This document shows, in pieces, positions 56,005 to 63,970 of a stretch of 64,000 nt of DNA. The stretch covers positions 24,155 to 88,154 of IMG/VR virus record IMGVR_UViG_3300049472_000073; one strand, given 5' to 3'. Both the position numbers and the translations under genes were made by a program. Origin of the DNA: a virus. Taxonomy: Duplodnaviria > Caudoviricetes. The notes beneath the pieces are model-generated. The model was not told the origin of the DNA and ran no database searches. It was given only the letters and a program-made list of their open reading frames with translations. Each line of letters opens with the position of its first letter. Position 1 is the first letter of the stretch.

Positions 56005-56094
56005 TACCCATAAGGGGATTTTGGGTGTTGGTTATGTTTATATGTGTCTGTGGTACAAGAACGTACTTTTTTAATGGAAGTCTAGGGGAGTAGG

Positions 56095-56103
56095 TAACAA
56101 ATA
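56095..56103 (+). promoter_or_regulatory. candidate late-promoter motif TAACAAATA
   Basis: 5-nt gap before ATG 56109. Confidence 0.55.
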
Positions 56104-56108
56104 GATAT

Positions 56109-57083
56109 ATGAACCAGCAATACCCTTTTTTAAAAGAAGATGAGATTTTAATACCAGGAACTATAAACTGCAGTATATGTGAGAAGGATAAGCCTTATCA
56201 TTATGTAAATCTAAAGGTCTGTGGTGTTGGGCAAAGTAGAGCTAAGCATGTAGATGATGCTGGTAAGAAGTGGGGGAAGGGTAGTAATAAGAAAGTGTGT
56301 CCAGACTGTAGGTTATTTATTGAGACTCAATATAAACATATAGTTGCGGAGCTAACTAGAGAATATAAAGAGAATAAAATCTATAAACTTTCGTGTAAAT
56401 ACTGTTCTAAGGAGTTCACAAGTAGTATAGATAAACGATGCTGCTCTAAAGAGTGCTCTAATAAACTAAATACTAAGATACAAAATGATCGTAGAAAGAG
56501 TCTGAGGGTTCCTAAGACTACCCATAGTACTTGTGAGAGATGCAACAAAGAAGTTATACAAAAAAAACCTACTAGATTTTGTAGCGTTAAATGTAGGGTA
56601 GCAGATTATAATAAAAAAGCTTATATTCCTAGGCCAAAGGTACTTAAGGAAAAGCCTGTAAAGCTTCCTATTGCTCCTAAGAAAGTTATATGTAAAGAGT
56701 GTAAGGTAGGGTTTGAGACTAGTAGGAACGCTGAGTACTGTTCTAAGGTGTGTAGAAAGCGTTGCGCGAGACGCGAAGGCCGTGAGAAGAGATATAAACC
56801 AAATAGAGAGGTAGCTAGAGCAGCTAAAAAGAAGCGAGAGATGGCTATTCTGAAAAGACTGCCTAAATGGGCAAACCATAAAGAGCTAGACAGGATCTAT
56901 AAAGAGCGTCCAGATAACATGCAAGTAGACCATATTATTCCCTTAAGAGGTGAGATAGTAAGTGGGCTGCATGTGGAGTATAATCTTCAGTACTTAACTC
57001 CAGAAGAGAACCATTTTAAAAGGGCTAAGTTTGATGGAACTTATAATAACGAATCGTGGAGAGAAGAACTTACAAATCTATAA
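56109..57083 (+). CDS. HNH endonuclease with multiple zinc-finger repeats
   Basis: Three CxxC...CSxxC repeats; C-terminal LPKWAN...QVDHIIPLRGEIVSGLHVEYNLQYL...ENH. Confidence 0.85.
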   Translation: MNQQYPFLKEDEILIPGTINCSICEKDKPYHYVNLKVCGVGQSRAKHVDDAGKKWGKGSNKKVCPDCRLFIETQYKHIVAELTREYKENKIYKLSCKYCSKEFTSSIDKRCCSKECSNKLNTKIQNDRRKSLRVPKTTHSTCERCNKEVIQKKPTRFCSVKCRVADYNKKAYIPRPKVLKEKPVKLPIAPKKVICKECKVGFETSRNAEYCSKVCRKRCARREGREKRYKPNREVARAAKKKREMAILKRLPKWANHKELDRIYKERPDNMQVDHIIPLRGEIVSGLHVEYNLQYLTPEENHFKRAKFDGTYNNESWREELTNL

Positions 57084-57138
57084 ACTATTATATTGACTTA
57101 TGAACTACAATTCTATGCTTCGCAGAAATATTATATAA

Positions 57139-57167
57139 TTGACATATAGCTTATATTTCTATAAACT
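57139..57167 (+). promoter_or_regulatory. sigma70-type promoter TTGACA-N17-TAAACT
   Basis: Perfect -35 and 17-nt spacer; ATG 57174 falls at the predicted +1. Confidence 0.7.
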
Positions 57168-57173
57168 TTCTAC

Positions 57174-57398
57174 ATGGGGCTATTTAAAGTAAAACTAACT
57201 AGTGAAATACATTGGGGTGGGGTTACTACACCTGTTGGTACAGTTTTTACTGTCTATGATACTAAGCATACTAATGGCGTATACTTTCTTATTTATGTTG
57301 GACGAACGTGGCACTGGCTAGAAGGATATGATTGTGTTCCTTTTACTGCTACTGATCAGTTTGATCAGGATCTCAAGGAGTTGATAGATGGAAATTAA
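57174..57398 (+). CDS. FDxxLEELL-tag family protein
   Basis: ...ATDQFDQDLKELIDGN*. Confidence 0.8.
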   Translation: MGLFKVKLTSEIHWGGVTTPVGTVFTVYDTKHTNGVYFLIYVGRTWHWLEGYDCVPFTATDQFDQDLKELIDGN

Positions 57399-57654
57399 GG
57401 TGGGGCAGGTGTGGAATTATACAGGAACCTCCTATGGAGTAGGATACAAGATAAAGCAGCTAAAGATCCTATCAGTAAATCCTAATACTAAGACAGTTAG
57501 GATAGAAGATACTAATCAAGAGCAGTCATTACGTATCTATAGGAATAGATTGACTTATGCAGAGCTTATATCTGTTTATGAGCTAGATCCTGTGTATAAG
57601 GCTCTAGAAGACTTTGATAGTCAGTTAGAGGAGTTACTAGATGTACCAAGCTAG
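57388..57654 (+). CDS. FDxxLEELL-tag family protein
   Basis: MEIKVGQVW...YELDPVYKALEDFDSQLEELLDVPS*. Confidence 0.85.
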   Translation: MEIKVGQVWNYTGTSYGVGYKIKQLKILSVNPNTKTVRIEDTNQEQSLRIYRNRLTYAELISVYELDPVYKALEDFDSQLEELLDVPS

Positions 57655-57934
57655 ATTTAAAGTAGGAGATGTTATAAAAGCAGTTAAGGCTATAACTCTA
57701 GGACAAAGCATATCTATATACAAAGTGGTGGAGCATAAAACAGATCTTAGTGGATATCAAACCTATAACCTATTGAAATTAGTAGATGAAAGAGGTGATA
57801 TACCTTTTAAGGTAAACTCTGTAGAATCTTTTGCTTGTGGAGTAGTTGACTACATGTGTGAGATAGATCATACTTATAAGGCTTTAAGTGAATTCGATGA
57901 TGAACTAGCTAAGCTGCTGGGGGAGGACACCTAA
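57641..57934 (+). CDS. FDxxLEELL-tag family protein
   Basis: RFKVGDVI...IDHTYKALSEFDDELAKLLGEDT*. Confidence 0.85.
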   Translation: MYQARFKVGDVIKAVKAITLGQSISIYKVVEHKTDLSGYQTYNLLKLVDERGDIPFKVNSVESFACGVVDYMCEIDHTYKALSEFDDELAKLLGEDT

Positions 57935-58146
57935 TGGATTATCCAGTTATAGGAGACAGGTACGAGTACAAGTATAGAGGTCCATATGGTCTATTTACTG
58001 TAGTAGAAATAAAGAAAGAGATTCCTATCCATGAATACGTTACTATATACTTAAAAGAAGAGGGTGAAGAAGGACTGTATCCTTGTTACTATCCTACTTT
58101 TATTCAAGTATTTGATAAGGTAGGGTCGGGGGAGAGTACCAGATGA
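57934..58146 (+). CDS. tag-family-like N-domain with a degenerate or lost tag
   Basis: MDYPVIGDRY resembles MRYPKVGDVY (35792); ends VFDKVGSGESTR*. Confidence 0.65.
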   Translation: MDYPVIGDRYEYKYRGPYGLFTVVEIKKEIPIHEYVTIYLKEEGEEGLYPCYYPTFIQVFDKVGSGESTR

Positions 58147-58400
58147 GTACTGTAGTTAAACCAGGTCAGTTGTGGAAATACGGACCTAAGATGAATGAGG
58201 ATGTAGTAACTCCATACAGACAAGTAAGAGTAGTAGGATATAGTAATGTACTGGAAGATCAGTTAGTTATAGAAAGCATCAGCTATCCTTCTATGACTTT
58301 TACAATACCATATCAAGACTTCATTAACATGTGGGAACTAGATGCTGTATCTGAGGCTTTAGATAAGTTCGACAGTGACCTAGAGGATTTATTAAAATGA
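58143..58400 (+). CDS. FDxxLEELL-tag family protein
   Basis: VKPGQLW...WELDAVSEALDKFDSDLEDLLK*. Confidence 0.85.
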   Translation: MSTVVKPGQLWKYGPKMNEDVVTPYRQVRVVGYSNVLEDQLVIESISYPSMTFTIPYQDFINMWELDAVSEALDKFDSDLEDLLK

Positions 58401-58567
58401 CTGATTGGGAGATTCTTAATAAAGGTATAGACTTAGACTATCCAGCTATTATAAAGGAACTAGAAGAAAGGTCTTATTTGCTTCAGTATGGAATGACTAA
58501 ACAGACTAAGGAAGCTCTAGACCAGTTTGACCAGGAGCTAGAGGAGTTATTAAGTGACGAGGGATGA
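58397..58567 (+). CDS. FDxxLEELL-tag peptide (56 aa), not in the ORF track
   Basis: MTDWEILNKG...KEALDQFDQELEELLSDEG*; ATGA overlap with the previous gene. Confidence 0.75.
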   Translation: MTDWEILNKGIDLDYPAIIKELEERSYLLQYGMTKQTKEALDQFDQELEELLSDEG

Positions 58568-58811
58568 ATTAGATAGTTTAGAGCCAGGTGACATTGTTAT
58601 TAGCCGCTTTTATGCCTCACCATTGAGTTTTGATAGAAAGATGAAGAATGGGTCTCATTCAATATATAATTTCATTAGCGAGGATTCTGGTGAGTTTCAG
58701 GAGATATGTAGTAAGTGTGATGAAGGTGTAGTTGAAGATTTGGTCTTAGAGGCGAGTTGCCAGGCGGCAAAAGCGTTTGACAAGGAACTAAAGGAGCTAA
58801 TAGATGAGTAA
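58554..58811 (+). CDS. FDxxLEELL-tag family protein
   Basis: LEPGDIV...QAAKAFDKELKELIDE*; GTG start. Confidence 0.8.
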   Translation: MTRDELDSLEPGDIVISRFYASPLSFDRKMKNGSHSIYNFISEDSGEFQEICSKCDEGVVEDLVLEASCQAAKAFDKELKELIDE

Positions 58812-58835
58812 AGGATTTAAAAGATTTATTGGAGG

Positions 58836-59114
58836 ATGAAGATGTTTAGTATAGTAATAATGGCTAGTATGTTTATGTCAGGACAAGAGATGTATAACAA
58901 TAACTGTATTCAGTGCCACGGTCAAAGTGGGGTAGGTCTAGTAGGACCTAGGATAAAGGATAGCTCACTAGAGGTCTTTAAATCTAAGGTACTTACAGGT
59001 AAATATCCCCCAGGATATAAGCCTAAACGTAAGACAAGAGCTATGCCAGTATTCAAGAAACTTCATGAAAAAGACGTAGAGAAGATCTATAAGTTCTTGC
59101 AAAATAAGAAATAA
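58836..59114 (+). CDS. class I c-type cytochrome
   Basis: Hydrophobic leader; GQEMYNNNCIQCHG (CxxCH); GP; distal Met in AMPVF; C-terminal helix VEKIYKFL. Confidence 0.85.
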   Translation: MKMFSIVIMASMFMSGQEMYNNNCIQCHGQSGVGLVGPRIKDSSLEVFKSKVLTGKYPPGYKPKRKTRAMPVFKKLHEKDVEKIYKFLQNKK

Positions 59115-59123
59115 TAAAGTATA

Positions 59124-59351
59124 ATGGAAAAAGGTATGGAAGATCAGAATAAAAGTTTAGAGACCTTGCTATGTACCTGTAAGGTATGCGGTGAAAAGTC
59201 TGTAAAGACTAAGGTTCACGGCAAAAAGGTCTTTTCTGATGAGTCTGGTAGATTATGGTCTGGTAAAACCTGTCCTAAGTGCCACGTAAACGATATCAAT
59301 AATCGTAATAAAGCAAAACGTCAAAAAGCTAAAGAATTAATCTCCAATTAA
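59124..59351 (+). CDS. small C4 zinc-finger protein
   Basis: CKVC...DESGRLWSGKTCPKC. Confidence 0.7.
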   Translation: MEKGMEDQNKSLETLLCTCKVCGEKSVKTKVHGKKVFSDESGRLWSGKTCPKCHVNDINNRNKAKRQKAKELISN

Positions 59352-59765
59352 ATCACTAAGTTCACTATCAAAAGCGTAGGTAGCACCTCTAGTTGAGACT
59401 CCTATTTTTACATATTCTCTGTCTGTAGACTCTATAGGCCAGTTAGAGTACTTCTCTCCGTTTAGATCAAGCTTAGAATAAGTGCTCTTAAACTTATCAG
59501 CATCCCTATACCAGACTTTGTAGTGGCTTCGTCCTATATCTAGGACCTCCATAGCTTCACTACCGTCCCATATCTCCCAGTCTTCTAAATAAGAAGGTCT
59601 AGCCTTACCTATCAAGTCACCTTTTTTGAATTTAGGTTTAGAGCTTACTATCTTGGTTGATCTAAAGATCCTAGAAACCCATTTACTAATCCAAGCTCCT
59701 ATACGTATTTGGGTTAAAAAACTCATGCTTGTCTCATTATAGCCTATCTGGTATAATAATTGCAA
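59337..59765 (-). CDS. FDxxLEELL-tag family protein (variant), lone - strand gene
   Basis: PKFKKGDLI...TYAFDSELSDLIGD*. Confidence 0.75.
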   Translation of the reverse strand: MQLLYQIGYNETSMSFLTQIRIGAWISKWVSRIFRSTKIVSSKPKFKKGDLIGKARPSYLEDWEIWDGSEAMEVLDIGRSHYKVWYRDADKFKSTYSKLDLNGEKYSNWPIESTDREYVKIGVSTRGATYAFDSELSDLIGD

Positions 59766-59778
59766 TAGGTAACAAATA
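59749..59778 (+). promoter_or_regulatory. sigma54-type box TGGTATAATAATTGCA (59749-59764) followed by TAACAAATA (59770-59778)
   Basis: Both motifs read directly; ATG 59784 follows after a 5-nt gap. Confidence 0.5.
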
Positions 59779-59783
59779 TAGAT

Positions 59784-60263
59784 ATGAAAAAGCCAGACTT
59801 AATGATGGATAGCGAAATGGAACAACCTGTTGAACAGGCTCCTGAAGATAAAAATATGTTTATGGAAGCTCTCAGGAAAGCTAGAGATGCTTACGGTTCG
59901 TATGATCCTGCTGCTTCTACTGATAGAGTCGCTAAAATGATTGCTCGTAAGATGGCTGAAAAAGGACAACTAGTAGCTCAAGAAGGTGAGACTCCTGAAA
60001 TGGCTGAAGAGCGTTTAGCTAGTGGAATGTCTCAAGCTGGTCAGATGGGTATGCAAGCTGGTATGTCTGCTGGTAGCATTGCTCCTATCGGTGCTCACTC
60101 ACAAGTAGCTAAAGGATTGGCTCAAGAGATTGGGGCTTTAGGTAAAGCACAAAGTCTTTCTAATCTTGGTGCTAAAGCTGGTGATGCTTCTAAGGTAATT
60201 AATAATAGTCCTAAAATGTCTCCAGAGCAGTTAGCGTTAATGGCTAAGAAACTAGGTTTCTAA
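59784..60263 (+). CDS. M/A/Q-rich protein resembling internal virion proteins
   Basis: Composition similar to the ORFs at 7262-11250. Confidence 0.55.
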   Translation: MKKPDLMMDSEMEQPVEQAPEDKNMFMEALRKARDAYGSYDPAASTDRVAKMIARKMAEKGQLVAQEGETPEMAEERLASGMSQAGQMGMQAGMSAGSIAPIGAHSQVAKGLAQEIGALGKAQSLSNLGAKAGDASKVINNSPKMSPEQLALMAKKLGF

Positions 60264-60803
60264 GTGGACGATAAGATCCTAGATTCTGAGTTATTAGATA
60301 GGGATCAAGAGTTTGAGCGTATTAAGCAGCTCAGACAAGAAAAGATTGCTGCGTTAGAAGATCCAGTTCTAAAGGCTATCGCTCAAAGAGAATCTAGTGG
60401 TGGCCTAAATACTAGGCATCGTGAAATGAAACGTGGTATGCACGAAGGTGATCAAGCTGGTGGTGGATTTGGTATAATGCCTAAAGCTGCTATTGACGAA
60501 GTAAAGCTTTCCCCTGAGTTCTTAGAAAAACATCCTGAATTTACAAAATCAATGCAGGATAATAAACTCATTACAGAAGACTTAAATAACAATCCAGATA
60601 TGGATATAGAACTAGCTAAGACTATCCTAGCTCGTAGAGCTGGTAGACTAGATGGTAATATTCCTGATACTATCTATTCGTGGCACCACGGTGTACAGGG
60701 CGCTCTAAATAATCGCAAGAAAAAAGATCTCTCTAAAGATGACTATACTAAATCAGTACTAGCTGAAATAGTAAAGACTCAGCGTTTACCTGCTTCTAAG
60801 TAA
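60264..60803 (+). CDS. lysozyme/transglycosylase-like protein
   Basis: LKAIAQRESSGG (catalytic E context), AGGGFGIMP, YSWHHG; GTG start. Confidence 0.6.
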   Translation: MDDKILDSELLDRDQEFERIKQLRQEKIAALEDPVLKAIAQRESSGGLNTRHREMKRGMHEGDQAGGGFGIMPKAAIDEVKLSPEFLEKHPEFTKSMQDNKLITEDLNNNPDMDIELAKTILARRAGRLDGNIPDTIYSWHHGVQGALNNRKKKDLSKDDYTKSVLAEIVKTQRLPASK

Positions 60804-61002
60804 TCTTAACTACTTTTAGTTGTAAGTTGTCTAATACTACTATAATAGACTCTTCTGGTGCATACGAGTCACTTTTTACAACTGGGTCTATTAAGTCTTT
60901 TTTGAAGAAAGCGGTAAACAGTTCCTTGTGCTTATTAACAATCTCGTAGTTTTTAGGAGCACACCAGATCGTGTTTTTAAATTTATCAAATTTATTTTCC
61001 AT
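60796..61002 (-). CDS. hypothetical protein
   Basis: ORF track. Confidence 0.55.
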   Translation of the reverse strand: MENKFDKFKNTIWCAPKNYEIVNKHKELFTAFFKKDLIDPVVKSDSYAPEESIIVVLDNLQLKVVKIT

Positions 61003-61222
61003 TGATTAATTCCTCTAATTGAGCGTCAAACTCTGCTAATGCAGACTTAACTATACTTTTGATATAAGTTCTCATAAAGTCTTCTTTGGGAAGAGTGTGT
61101 ACCACACCTGATCCTTCTATACGATAATAGGATACTACACCTTTTGCTATCCCCAATATCTTTACTCCTATATCACCACTTCTAGACGGTAGAGTAAATA
61201 CATCTCCTGGCTTAATATCCAC
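60992..61222 (-). CDS. FDxxLEELL-tag family protein
   Basis: MDIKPGDVF...SALAEFDAQLEELINGK*; GTG start. Confidence 0.8.
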   Translation of the reverse strand: MDIKPGDVFTLPSRSGDIGVKILGIAKGVVSYYRIEGSGVVHTLPKEDFMRTYIKSIVKSALAEFDAQLEELINGK

Positions 61223-61254
61223 TTATTAAGTCTATAAGAGTCTGTCTTGTATGT

Positions 61255-61617
61255 CTATCTTTTTTTATTGTCTGGGCACCAGGTACTATGCCAGTCATAA
61301 GTATCACCGAATGCTGATTTCATTCCACATTCGCATTTATTAGAATAGTCTTTCTTCTTATCAAAATTAATAGTAATCTCTAGCTCGTTATCTTTACCAA
61401 CTGCTACTTTAATAATAGCTGGTTTATCTAGATCTGAATAATTAGGGAACTTAGGGCTAGCTACGTATATAGTTGGATATATAGTCCAGGCAGATGAGCT
61501 TACATCAACCTCTGCTGGTTCACCAAAGAACTCTTCTAGCTTCTTGGCTATATGCTCAGTAGTGAAGGGAAGCGTTCCTGGCTCCCCCTCTACTTTTATG
61601 AATCTCTTCTCAATCAT
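61255..61617 (-). CDS. hypothetical protein with C-terminal CxC...HxxxC motif
   Basis: CECG...WHSTWCP. Confidence 0.6.
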   Translation of the reverse strand: MIEKRFIKVEGEPGTLPFTTEHIAKKLEEFFGEPAEVDVSSSAWTIYPTIYVASPKFPNYSDLDKPAIIKVAVGKDNELEITINFDKKKDYSNKCECGMKSAFGDTYDWHSTWCPDNKKR

Positions 61618-61853
61618 AGACTCTGTTTAACTTTTATTAAATTCTCATGGAATTTAGACAGTATCTCTTCACGAACCTTTGCCTTTTCTTCAAATACTAA
61701 AGCCGATACTACTGGCTGAATCATTTGCACAATCCTAGTATAGTCTTTAAGAGAGGACATTCTATCCTTTTCAGAATCTAGATTTGCCAGATCTTCTACA
61801 ATACTAACTGTAATCTCCATTAACTTTTCTTTATCTTCTTGTCTCATTGCCAT
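61614..61853 (-). CDS. hypothetical helical protein
   Basis: ORF track. Confidence 0.55.
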   Translation of the reverse strand: MAMRQEDKEKLMEITVSIVEDLANLDSEKDRMSSLKDYTRIVQMIQPVVSALVFEEKAKVREEILSKFHENLIKVKQSL

Positions 61854-61861
61854 ATAAACTC

Positions 61862-62383
61862 CTATTTAAAGTCTTTGTATAACTGGCTCTCTGTTGGAGA
61901 GGTTTGATCTACGTACTTTCCTGTATAATGCTTTGTAATGTCTCCGCTTACTTCGTTAAAGTAAATCTGAGCTACCTTAATATTAGGGTAGATGCGTACT
62001 GGGTGAATACAGCTAAGCTCTAATGTCCAGTTAGTTTTAAATCCTAGGTCCCCGAAGCCAGCACTAATCTCCGCAGTAATGCCTAGTCTAGCCAGAGAAC
62101 TACGTCCTACCAAAATAGGTAGGTAGAAGTCCGAACCAATCTTTTCATTAGTGGAAGCCAAATAAAGTGTGTTAGGCTGTAATACAAAGCCTTCTTCAGG
62201 AATGATGATCTCGCGTGTTTCATTCTTACTCCTCATATCAAGTGGTGTCATAGCGTAGGTCTTAAGTACGTTAGATATTGTAACGTCATAACTATTAGGT
62301 CCTATCTGAGCTTCATTAAATGGAGAAACTAAGATCTTACCGCTAGCTATTTCCTGCTTAAGTTTATCTGCTGTTAGTATCAT
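61862..62383 (-). CDS. dcd: dCTP deaminase
   Basis: MILT...QIGPNSYDV; GRSSLARLGI; GFGDLGF...TLE; VAQIYF; YTGKY. Confidence 0.9.
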   Translation of the reverse strand: MILTADKLKQEIASGKILVSPFNEAQIGPNSYDVTISNVLKTYAMTPLDMRSKNETREIIIPEEGFVLQPNTLYLASTNEKIGSDFYLPILVGRSSLARLGITAEISAGFGDLGFKTNWTLELSCIHPVRIYPNIKVAQIYFNEVSGDITKHYTGKYVDQTSPTESQLYKDFK

Positions 62384-62673
62384 TCGTCATCCTCTCCAAA
62401 CATCTCAATATGTCGGACACTTTCTTTCATAGCTTGAACTATATCATTTCGTTCTTCATCTGACAAGGAGCCATTTGCACTAGGTAGCCTTTCTCTAAAG
62501 AGCTTAAGATTATCTTTATACGCGTCTAAGTACAGATCTACTACAATATCATCGTTTACTCTTTCTGATTCCTGGTTAAGCATTCCTTTAGAACCAGTAC
62601 TAGATCGTTTATTTAGCTTCTTACTCATCGCTAAATCCAAATCCCATCTTCTTAGTCTCATCACTAAAGTCAT
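62380..62673 (-). CDS. hypothetical protein
   Basis: ORF track; true start probably MSKKLNK. Confidence 0.55.
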   Translation of the reverse strand: MTLVMRLRRWDLDLAMSKKLNKRSSTGSKGMLNQESERVNDDIVVDLYLDAYKDNLKLFRERLPSANGSLSDEERNDIVQAMKESVRHIEMFGEDDE

Positions 62674-63598
62674 CTTTTTTAGCTTTAGTAGACTGGGCTA
62701 ATACTTGCTTCATAGACTCTACCATAGAGATATCATAGATCTTAGCTCTAATAACAATTTCTTTAATATGAGCTACTGACAGGTCATTATACTTCTTTAG
62801 TCTGATCTCTTTAGTATCTTCTTCAGTAGCTTGGTTCTTTGAGAAGAACTCTAGGAACTTACCTCTAAATTCAGGTGAAGGATTGCCTACTTTAATTACA
62901 TCATCAAATCGTTGTGGACGATTAGTAAGGTTCTCAAGTAGTGATTCAGGGAAGTTAGTAGTAGCTAGGATAAGGGTAGGTAAGGTAAAAGTCTTCTCTA
63001 CGTTATCTAATAGTGATAACATACTAGACTGTGATGGCATTTTACCTCCGCCATTATACTCTACTCCTCCGATATCTTCTGCTACTAGGATCATCTTTTC
63101 GATATTGCTATCATATGAAATACTTTGTAATAAAGACTTCATATGACGAGCTTCGTATTTGTCCGTATTCCAAACTAACACGAAGGTCTTACCATCTTGT
63201 AAGTATTTATTAACCGCTTTGGTAATGATACGTGTCTTACCTGTGCCCTGGCTTCCGTATAACAAGCATCCTCGTTTAGGGAATACTCCGAACTCTTTGT
63301 ATACGTCGATTTTACTAAAGAATTTATCAATCTTAGTACTTACTTCTTCTGTATGAATGTACTCTTCTAAAAGAGGCTCATTCATAAATTCGGTAGGTAT
63401 AAGCTTAGCCTCAAAATTACTAACCTCAATTCTATAGAGACCAGGTTTAGCCTCAATAGCATCTTCTTTGTCTTCACTAACAAACTTGTACTGGTAGAAC
63501 GTACCATCTTCAAAATGTGAGAAGTCAGACTCTTCAATTTCTTGTCCAATATTAAATTCTTTAACATTTAATTTATTCCTCAGTATAAACTTGCCCAT
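62621..63598 (-). CDS. AAA+ ATPase (FtsH/26S-like ATPase domain)
   Basis: RGCLLYGSQGTGKT; LVAEDI; LATTN; NRPQRFD. Confidence 0.85.
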   Translation of the reverse strand: MGKFILRNKLNVKEFNIGQEIEESDFSHFEDGTFYQYKFVSEDKEDAIEAKPGLYRIEVSNFEAKLIPTEFMNEPLLEEYIHTEEVSTKIDKFFSKIDVYKEFGVFPKRGCLLYGSQGTGKTRIITKAVNKYLQDGKTFVLVWNTDKYEARHMKSLLQSISYDSNIEKMILVAEDIGGVEYNGGGKMPSQSSMLSLLDNVEKTFTLPTLILATTNFPESLLENLTNRPQRFDDVIKVGNPSPEFRGKFLEFFSKNQATEEDTKEIRLKKYNDLSVAHIKEIVIRAKIYDISMVESMKQVLAQSTKAKKDDFSDETKKMGFGFSDE

Positions 63599-63601
63599 AT
63601 A

Positions 63602-63883
63602 CTATGCCTGTCCAATAGGACCGTTATATCCTACCCCTGCTTTAATCTCTAGTATAGTATTCTCTAAGTTAGTAGCTAGTTCTCTAAGAGCTTCTGAAGA
63701 AGAGTTCTCATCAGTAATAGCTACTACCCCTTTTAATGTTCCTAGTATAAGCATTACCCCTAATGCCCATTCCTTAAGAGCATCCATACGCTCAATAGGA
63801 GGTAAACCTAGCAAATGCTCAGCTAGGTATTTTTGTGATTCTAGTAATTTAATCATCGACTTATCAACATTAGTTTTTGTCAT
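63602..63883 (-). CDS. hypothetical protein
   Basis: ORF track. Confidence 0.55.
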   Translation of the reverse strand: MTKTNVDKSMIKLLESQKYLAEHLLGLPPIERMDALKEWALGVMLILGTLKGVVAITDENSSSEALRELATNLENTILEIKAGVGYNGPIGQA

Positions 63884-63942
63884 TACCTAATCCTATCACT
63901 ACCTATAAACTTTGACAACTTTAATTATTATTTGTATTTTTT

Positions 63943-63970
63943 ACTTTACTATATACAACTAGTATGTCAA
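63943..63970 (-). promoter_or_regulatory. possible sigma70 promoter TTGACA-N16-TAAAGT
   Basis: AT-rich intergenic region upstream of the - strand operon. Confidence 0.4.

Noticed and set aside
15754-61222. Tag repeats as a CRISPR array, integron attC sites or DGR template/variable repeats
   Set aside because: Copies are coding, vary synonymously, are irregularly spaced and non-palindromic; no integrase, reverse transcriptase or A-specific variation is visible.
62621-63598. AAA+ ATPase as a sigma54 enhancer-binding activator
   Set aside because: No GAFTGA loop or HTH; motifs fit an FtsH/26S-type ATPase domain.
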